A stretch of 64,000 bases of DNA from Octopus vulgaris (taxonomy: Eukaryota). The stretch lies in NCBI GenBank assembly GCA_951406725.2, contig OX597829.1, positions 44,826,001 to 44,890,000 of the forward strand, given 5' to 3'. A program made the translations under genes and the position numbers. Positions 55,775-64,000 of this stretch are shown here, one piece after another (position 1 is the stretch's first letter; each line of letters starts with the position of its first letter). The notes below the pieces were generated by a model, which ran no database searches, had not been told where the DNA came from, and saw only the letters and a list, made by a program, of their open reading frames with translations.

Positions 55775-55960
55775 TCCAAATTTGGGCACAACGCCTGAAA
55801 TTTTAGAGGAGGGGACTAGTCAATTAATTCGACTCCAGTGCGTAACTGGTACTTATTTTATCGACTCCGAAAGGATGAAAGTCAAATTCGACCTCGGCGG
55901 AATTTGAACTCAAAACGATTACGGACGACATGACGATAAGCATTTTCCCCGGGGTTAATA
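55775..55960 (-). mobile_element. SINE family A, diverged
   Basis: Core and short tail recognisable. Confidence 0.75.
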
Positions 55961-56572
55961 ACAACACATATTTCAATTATAAGCTGCAGTTTAGGGAAAG
56001 AACAAATCGTTAGAAATAGCAGTTAAATCTCCCTCAAAACTCAACCAGTCATCTTAGAAAGTTTCATAAAAACGAAAAACGTTCGCAGCTGTCTCCATGC
56101 TGCCACAACAAAAGTCACACCCCATTGTATTACATTCAATCAACACTTAATTAATTAAGATGTCGAGTAAGTCTCCCCTAGTCTTTCTTGAGGATAACTG
56201 ATCATTAAGCTAAGGATTAATTCTTTACATCCACCACAGGTGTTATTTTAATTAATTAAAATTTCTTGGCTCATTACGCCAAGTATGTTAATACTGGCCT
56301 AACTATTTTACACTTTTGTCTTGCTAGGAAGATTGTTTTGGGCTAAATTCCAAGTTAAAATGAATGGGAATTTATGATGAGGTACTGAAATACCAGGATT
56401 GCGATTCTTCTTGGAAATCTCCACGAAGAAAATATAAACGTCTTTTTTTTTTCTTTTTACCTTTTCGCTTCTTTTCTCTCCTTTTCTGATTGAGTCATAA
56501 AATCTTGCTTCAATTCAGAACATTATAATAATGACATAGTTATTTGCGAAATCGTTTTTTAAAATGTATTAT

Positions 56573-57024
56573 AGGCGTAGGAGTGGCTGTGTGGTAAGTA
56601 GCTTGCTTACCAGCCACATGGTTCCGGGTTCAGTCCCACTGCGTGGCACCTTGGGCAAGTATCTTCTACTATAGCCTCGCGCCGACCAAAGCCTTGTGAG
56701 TGAATTTGGTAGACGGAAACTGAAAGAAGCCCATCGTATATATATGTGTGTGTGTGTGTGCGTGTGTGTGTATGTGTGTGTGTGTGTGTGTCTGTGTGTG
56801 TGTGTGTGTTTGTGTGTCAGTGTTTGTCCCCCTCCCCAACATCGCTTGACAACCGATGCTGGTGTGTTTACGTCCCCGTAACTTGGCGGTTCGGCAAAAC
56901 AGACCGATAAAATAAGTACTAAGCTTACAAAGAATAAGTCCTGGGGTCGATTTGCTCGACTAAAGGTGGTGCTCCAGCATGGCCGTAGTCAAATGGCTGA
57001 AATAAGTAAAAGAGTAAAAAGAGT
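56573..57024 (+). mobile_element. SINE family B, full length (reference copy)
   Basis: GGCGTAGGAGTGGCTGTGTGG A-box, GGTTCAGTCCC B-box, ACCTTGGGCAAGT CORE-like segment, (TG)n, 3' module and tail. Confidence 0.92.
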
Positions 57025-57202
57025 ATGAGAAAAATTGAATAAAATACCACATAATGTATGTGTGTGAGTGAGTGAGTATGTGTGTGTGTGTGTGTGTTTA
57101 TCTTTTTTATTTTTTCTACTTTTCTGCTTCAGTCATTAGACTGCGGTCATGCTGGGTCAACGCCTTGAAGAATTTTAGTCGAACGAATCAACCCCAGTAG
57201 TC

Positions 57203-57277
<75 letters not shown>

Positions 57278-58078
57278 TACACGCGTTTTATACATATATA
57301 TGTATGTATTAATATATATTTTTCTTCTACTTGTTTCAGTCATTTGACAACGGTCATGCTGGAGCACCATATTAAGGGGTTTCAGTGGAACAAATCGCCC
57401 CGCCCCCCAGGACATATTCTTTGTAAGCCTAGTACTTACTCTATCGGGTCTTTTGCCGAACCGCTAGGTTACCGGGATGTAAACACACCAGAATCGATTG
57501 TCAAGTGATGATGGGGGGACAAACACAGACACGAACACACAAATATATATATATATATATATATATAAAGCGGATGTACACAAAGTACGATCACTGCTAG
57601 AAATAGTAGCCGGTAAGCTATCGGCGCTGTGTAGAGCTTCAATGAATGGTTACAGGTAGAGATATTTGCGGGCGGTGATCATAGGAAAATTCTGTCTTAT
57701 CTCTGCAGAGATCGTTAAAGGATTGAAGGATAATTCAATACTGCACTTTAAGAATTTTCCTGTAAGTCTAGTTAGGTAGAAACTAAAACTCATACCTAAC
57801 TAGACTAACACATTAATTATTATGATGCTTGTATTTCTCATAAGAATATATATGAATATCCGAAATCATTCTCGGCTATTTCTTGTACTATGTCCTTTGT
57901 AATTTAATTTAGTTAATTTGATTATTTCTATCAACCATTAATTTGCATGATTTTAATATCGCTGTTTGAAACGATCGTATGCATGAATTAAAATTAGCAT
58001 CTCTTCTCCATTTTTAACCAATTTGTTGAGTTTTATGGCATACCTTTCCATAAATTCACATAACACACCATATACAAG

Positions 58079-58109
<31 letters not shown>

Positions 58110-58142
58110 GGAGAGAGAGAGAGAGATTAGAAAAAAAAAAAA

Positions 58143-58207
<65 letters not shown>

Positions 58208-58994
58208 CAACAATAATAATAATATGAGGGAATATTATTCCAAACTTACAGGGAAAAATTCAATTTAGAAATACTAAATCAAATTTCACAAAATATAATA
58301 TATATATAAATTAGATATACGCCCGACGGGCTTCTTTTAGTTTCCGTCTACCAAATCCACTCACAAGTCTTTCGTCGGCCCGAGGTTATAATGCAAGACA
58401 CTTATCCAAGGTGCCACCCAGTGGGACTGAGCCCGGAACCATGTGGTTGGGAAGCAATCTTCTTTGCTTTTGCTTTATTTTCCGAATACTTCATTTTCAC
58501 AACTTTTCTATTTCTTCTCGGGTATCTATTATCTATTTTCTGTTCTTTTATTCTATCCATTTCCTTTCTCAATTCATCACATTTTCCTTTCTTCCTTTCT
58601 TTCTCTATGTCTTTTTTCTTTTTTTCTTTCTTTCTTTTTTCCATTTTTCTTTCTTTCTTTCTTTCTACTATTACATTCACACTTTTGCCCGCTTCTGTTT
58701 TTACTTTTTCCTTTCTTTTTCTCTCATTTCAACAATCTTTTGCAATACCTGAACACTCTTTCTTTCTTTCTTTCTTTCCTCATCCTTGCAATCCACCCCT
58801 GCCACCATTTCTTTTACGTCATCGAATCATCATCCATCATCTCTATTACCATCATCATGCCAGCATTCATACCACCAACTACCACCACCACCACAACCAC
58901 CACCACCACCACAACCACCACCACTACCACCACCACCATCACTACCATTGTCGTTATCATCATCATCACCAACTTTACTATCATTACCAACATT

Positions 58995-59026
<32 letters not shown>

Positions 59027-59059
59027 GATAATACTGATCTTCCTCCTCGTCTACTCCAT

Positions 59060-59665
59060 CAACGCCGTCGTCGTCGTAGTCATCGCCGTCATCGTTGTCG
59101 CCGCCGCCATCATCGCCGCGGCCGTCATCGTCGTCGTCATCGCCGTCGCTGTCATCGTAGTCGTCATGGACGTTATCGTCGTCGTCGTCGCCATCGTCAT
59201 CGCCGCCGCTGTCATCGTTGTCTTCGCCGTAGTCGTCATCGTCGTGGCCGTTATCGTCGTCGTTATCGCCGCCGCCGCTGTCATCATCGTTGGCGGCGTC
59301 GTCGTCGTCATCTTCGTGGCCGTTATCGTCGTCGTCATCGTCGCCGCCGCTGTCATCATCGTTGGCGGCGTCGTCGTCGTCATCGTCGTGGCCGTTATCG
59401 TCGTCGTCATCGTCGCCGCCGCTGTCATCATCGTTGGCGTCGTCGTCGTCGTCGTCATCGTCGTGGCCGTTATCGTCGTCGTTGTCGTCGTTGCTGCTGC
59501 CGTTGTCGTCATCGTGATCGCCGCCGCTGTCATCGTTGTCGTCGCCGTAATCGTCGTCGCCGTCGCCGCTGCCATCGTCGTCGTCGTCGTCGTTGTCGTC
59601 ATCGTCTTGGCCGTTATCGTCGTCGTCGTCGTCGTTGTCGTCATCGTCGCCATTGCTGTCGTCTT
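59060..59665. repeat. GC-rich trinucleotide-derived minisatellite with a higher-order unit of about 72 bp
   Basis: The GGCCGTTATCG marker recurs at 59246, 59318, 59390, 59465 and 59609 (spacings 72, 72, 75, 144). Confidence 0.85.
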
Positions 59666-59950
59666 GTGCCTGACATCCAACCAGGCTATATTTTTGTACA
59701 TCATTCCGCAACAGAAATCTAGGCTTTCCCAGTTCATTGGTTTCAGTTGCGTTCCTTACACGCAACCTCTTCACCTCAGAGCGATAAAGGGAATTTAGAT
59801 AACGATTCATTTATTTATTCATTTATTTACGTTTATATTTTAACTATCTGCTCTCATTTTTTAACTTCTTACTTTTTTTTGTTTTTGGCAACGAGGTGTC
59901 CTATATGTGTTCGTTCATTAGATCTGCTAGAAATAATAGCTATCTGTCTG

Positions 59951-60053
<103 letters not shown>

Positions 60054-60314
60054 GTACATACGCATATACACACATATTAGCGACAGAGGCAGTATTAATT
60101 CCGAGGGGTACTATATATTCGCACTCAAACGTGGATGTTCTGTCGTTAGAACAAACTATACTGCGGTAGATACCATGAGAGACACTCATATTGGCTTTTT
60201 GGTACAAAATGCACTCTTGTTTCATATCGCTAGAAGAACGCAAAACAGGATTAACTCTGTGAACTAATAAACCGAATAACTAAATAGATAATTCTTTCTA
60301 TTTTCTACAATAGG

Positions 60315-60662
60315 CTTTTCTACTATAGTCCTGAAATTACACGACCCCAGTACTTGACTGGTACTTATTTAATCTACACCGAAAGGATGAAAGGCAAAGT
60401 CGACCTCGGCGGAATTTGAACCTAGAACGTGGAGACAGACGACATATCCTTTTCTGCGCTAGGCACAAGGCCCGAAATTTTGGGGGAGTGGGGCTAGTCG
60501 ATTAGATCGACCCCAGTACGTAACTGGTACTTAATTTATCGACCCCGAAAGGATGAAAGGCAAAGTCAACCTCGGCGAAATTTGAACTCAGAAGGTAACG
60601 GCAGACGAAATACTGCTAAGCATTTCGCCCGGCGTGATAACGATTCTACCAGCTCGCCGTCT
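60315..60662 (-). mobile_element. Two tandem SINE A copies
   Basis: Two cores; the right-hand copy is full length with a short tail. Confidence 0.85.
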
Positions 60663-60772
60663 TAAATAACTAAATAAATAATAAAATTAAGATTATAATG
60701 AAGTGTACTCATTGAAGTACTGTGTATTTTATTGTATATATGTCAGGCTTGACCCAACGAATGCGCGCCGAT

Positions 60773-60861
<89 letters not shown>

Positions 60862-61570
60862 TTAAGAGAAATGAGATAAGAAAAATATCTCAGAGCGCTA
60901 ATGACATGAATCAAAATAACAAAGGCAAACGAACATACACCAAACACCAAGCGAGATAAACTTTTGATTTACTTCTTCGAGAGAAGGTAAGCAAACACCT
61001 AGCTTCAATTGTAACCGACTCCGAAAAACAAGGTTAGATAATCTCAATGAATCAAATCCACCTGAATTAGCACACCTTCAGGGCAATCTTTCTGGGTCTT
61101 TTTTTATTTTCGAGAAACGCTATGATGAAAAACAGGATAATAGCCGTGAACACGTATTTCTGCCTCTATGGATATAATACTTACTCTTTTTACTCTTTTA
61201 CTTGTTTCAGTCATTTGACTGCGGCCATGCTGGAGCACCGCATTTTAGTCGAGCAAATCGAGCCCGGGACTTATTCTTTGTAAGCCCAGTACTTATTCTA
61301 TCGGTATCTTTTGCCGAACCGCTAAGTTACGGGGACGTAAACACACCAGCATAGGTTGTCAAGCAATGCTAGAGGGACAAACACAGACACACAAACATAC
61401 GCACATACATATATATATATACATATATACGACAGGCTTCTTTCAGTTTCCGTCTACCAAATCCACTCACAAGGCTTTGGTCGGCCCGAGGCTATAGCAG
61501 AAGACACTTGCCCAAGTTGCTACGCAGTGGGACTGAACCCGGAACCATGTGGTTGGTTAGCAAGCTACTT

Positions 61571-63714
61571 TATTTCAACAATTTTGCCACTAGGGCAGTA
61601 CACAGAGTAGCTACGGACTGGACAAAGACATTAATGGATGATGGTGGTGGTAGATGAAGATGGTGATGGGAGAAGTCAAAAAGCGCCCGCCGACTTCCGC
61701 TTCTCTAAGACATTGTTCTTTTTTTAATAAGTTCAATTTTCTTTTTTCTTTAGTTTCAATAAATCGACATGAGGTTGCAAACCTCTTACACGAAGGAGGC
61801 ACTAAAACCTCTTACAAAGTTCTTTTTTTCATTTCTTTTGCCACAAGGGCAGTATATGAATTCACAAAAATTCTCCCTGTCAGGTCCCCGAAGCAAATTG
61901 TCTTGCCGCCTGCAGACAACTCTGCGACGACAAGTCGAGGCCTGCAAAGAGAAAAGTAAAATGTTTCCTCTCAAAGGTCTTTGTGACCCTTGACAAAATG
62001 TTTTCCGTTACTACCTCCGCAGCTACCCACGGAGGCCATAACGGACTCCTTGAGCTGACCGTGTCCTTGCGTTCTCGGTCACCCAAGCCATTCAAAAACT
62101 TTTCCACCTTCCCTCCCTTGTGGTAAAGGAGGAGAAACAACTCCTCTTCACAGGAAGGGACCTCACACTGATCCGTCAGTGGCACACTTTCCACTGACGG
62201 AGCACTGTCCGCGGGTGGCACACGTCCCACCCGCGGCTCCGTCGGCGACACAGAAACGTCAGCCGTCCGACCTCTTTTTTTTTTTTTTTCCTCTTTTTTT
62301 TAGAGGCTGCTAGCCCGGGGGCTCCTTCGGCAGACACGGGGGGTCTATCCTCCTCCTCCGTCTGTACGTTCTTTGGTGAGCAACCATTGTTGCTCACCTG
62401 TCTTTTTCTTTTCGTGGAGGCAACCTCCTCCACGACTTCCACCGTCTCCCCCTCCAATGAGGGGGCAGCGGGCACCTTTTCCTTTTCATGCTCCGGGGCA
62501 GCACCACGGCCACCGGGACACTTCCTCTTGATATGTCCAGGCTCCAGGCACAGGTGACACTTGGGGGGGGGGGCGTCCCTCAAGCATCACCGGATACCTG
62601 TACCCGGCCATCCTCAAAAAGTCCGGTAAAACCAGACTTTTGGCTGACTGGGTCCATAGGGTCAAAACAGCTCTTGACCCCTCCCAATCAGCCGCAGGCT
62701 GTACTTTTACGTTCAGTAGCTTGGAACTGCTACCATCCAAGCCCCGGCGGATAGAGTCCTCTATCCACTCGGGCTCAACGCCTGGTGGTAAGCCGCAGAT
62801 CCAAGCTCTCAACAATTTTTCTCCCTTGTAATTTGGGAGAAACAATATTTGTTTGCCCTCAATGGGCTGGCTTGCAAATTCGCAAGCTGCTTTAGGTGAG
62901 TCAAATAGCAACCAAACCGTTACGTATTTAACTCCCCGTGCGATATATTTAACGGCTGGCATGTAGTCTGCCAGCTCGTTAACAATAGTGGCCTTTGGAA
63001 AGACTGCTATGGTGTCGAGCGACTTCGAATATGTCCTCAGCACCACGGTCTTTTCCTCGAGCTCATTCAAATATTTTTTGGGAGGTGTCAAATCCCACAC
63101 AGTGAATTTCTTTGCCATAACGTAAGATTTAAAAACAGTTCAAAATGTGATAAAATAAAATAAGAAACAGAAAGGAGAATGAAAAATACAACAGAAGGGA
63201 AGAAATAAAATTAGAAATAGCAGTTCAAAAAAAGTTCGTTTTTAAAAATAAATGATAGACGGAGAAAGAGAGTTCAAATCCAGACAAAGGAATTAATTGT
63301 TTCTTTTTTTTTTGTTTTCACTTTTTTCGGCCAAAAAATTGTATTCCAGGCCAAATGCACAGTTGGTAAAACACCTTGATAAAATAATCCTTGGTACTCC
63401 TTGGTAATTCCCGTGGATAACACAAAGGCAATTTCAAAAACAATTTTTTCAGACGGACTACGCCGCTTTAAAATTACAATTCTCACTGCAAAGTGAGTCT
63501 TTACACTCGACAACAGGCAGAAAAATTATATCTGGAGCAAAGTGGAGTTTATTATCTGCTAAAAAAGATTTAATGCTAAAAAACATTAAATGCAAGTAAT
63601 AGACTTCACTAAGTTCCCAAAAATACAAAACGCCTACCTGTAGTCGAGTCAAAAGTTCAACAATTCACGTTAAAACGTGACATTTGCCGGAGCGAAAAAA
63701 AAACGCGTCCGTTC
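61571..63714 (-). mobile_element. ORF1-only non-autonomous LINE derivative (Tx1-like)
   Basis: 5' GAACGGACGCGTTT, leader of about 600 bp, gag-like ORF, no endonuclease or RT, 3' GCCCTAGTGGC...AATAAAG; flanked by GGT(T/G)AG(C/A)AAGCTACTT (14/16 identical). Confidence 0.7.
61880..63118 (-). pseudogene. LINE ORF1/gag-like protein with CCHC zinc knuckle, about 410 aa when two homopolymer frameshifts are corrected
   Basis: ORF 62486-63118 (..RYPVMLEGRPP) joins ORF 62176-62583 (KCHLCLEPGHIKRKC, C-X2-C-X4-H-X4-C) at the G-run near 62563-62574. It then joins ORF 61880-62251 at the T-run near 62275-62289. There are no in-frame stops otherwise. Confidence 0.75.
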
Positions 63715-64000
63715 GGTGAGAAAGCTACTTACCACACAGCCGCTCCTGCGCCTATTCGTAAAAATGAAAGTAGAAAAGGGCATTTTTAGCTTTAGAAAAT
63801 TTGACAATTGTAAGAGAAATGAACGGAAGAAATAACTCAGAGAGACCGGTGGTATTAATTTTAACAAGAAAGAAAAAAATATATATGCATGTTAAATACG
63901 GTCCAAATACGTGGTTTATTGAAATTATCTTCTCTTCGAGAGAAGGTAAATAAGCACAATGCACACATGCACATATACACATACACATATCACAAAACCA

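Larger units (their letters stand above)
61180..63752 (-). mobile_element. SINE family B split in its tRNA head by a 2.1-kb insertion
   Basis: The body 61180-61570 stops at GCAAGCTACTT; the missing head AAGCTACTTACCACACAGCCGCTCCTGCGCC lies at 63722-63752. Confidence 0.8.

Noticed and set aside
57765-57806. 14-bp perfect hairpin AGTCTAGTTAGGTA/TACCTAACTAGACT
   Set aside because: Real but isolated in AT-rich DNA, with no element boundaries or second copy to interpret it.
58391-59798. 443-aa Arg-rich and 451-aa hydrophobic ORFs as real genes
   Set aside because: They begin inside a SINE B fragment and run through T-rich and trinucleotide repeats; kept only as a repeat finding.

Overview
Eukaryotic, AT-rich DNA saturated with microsatellites and almost free of protein-coding sequence. 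The repeat content suggests a cephalopod, most likely Octopus, intron or intergenic region; this is an inference from recalled repeat families, not a search. Nearly all ORFs in the supplied track are microsatellite artefacts. The recognisable content is: three tRNA-headed SINE families (here called A, B and C, many copies); decayed LINE fragments (Tx1/L1-like, CR1/L2-like, RTE, R4/Dong); Penelope-like remnants carrying at least five different minimal hammerhead ribozyme motifs; two non-autonomous Helitrons; a Helentron-type HINE; a Tc1/mariner MITE; and a maT/Tc1 transposase remnant. Host-gene candidates are a plausible first coding exon of a membrane protein (19640-19767, +) and a weaker start exon on the minus strand (38384-38969). 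The most interesting signals are four. (1) A 2.1-kb ORF1-only (gag/zinc-knuckle) retroelement inserted into the tRNA head of a SINE. (2) One 3' stem-loop plus AATAAAG motif shared by that element, the Tx1 LINE ends and a SINE subfamily that appears to insert into its own family. (3) A tRNA-headed SINE carrying a hammerhead ribozyme and a Penelope-style 5' inversion. (4) Retroelements sitting inside specific microsatellites. Coordinates were counted by eye, so the ends of degenerate repeats are approximate.
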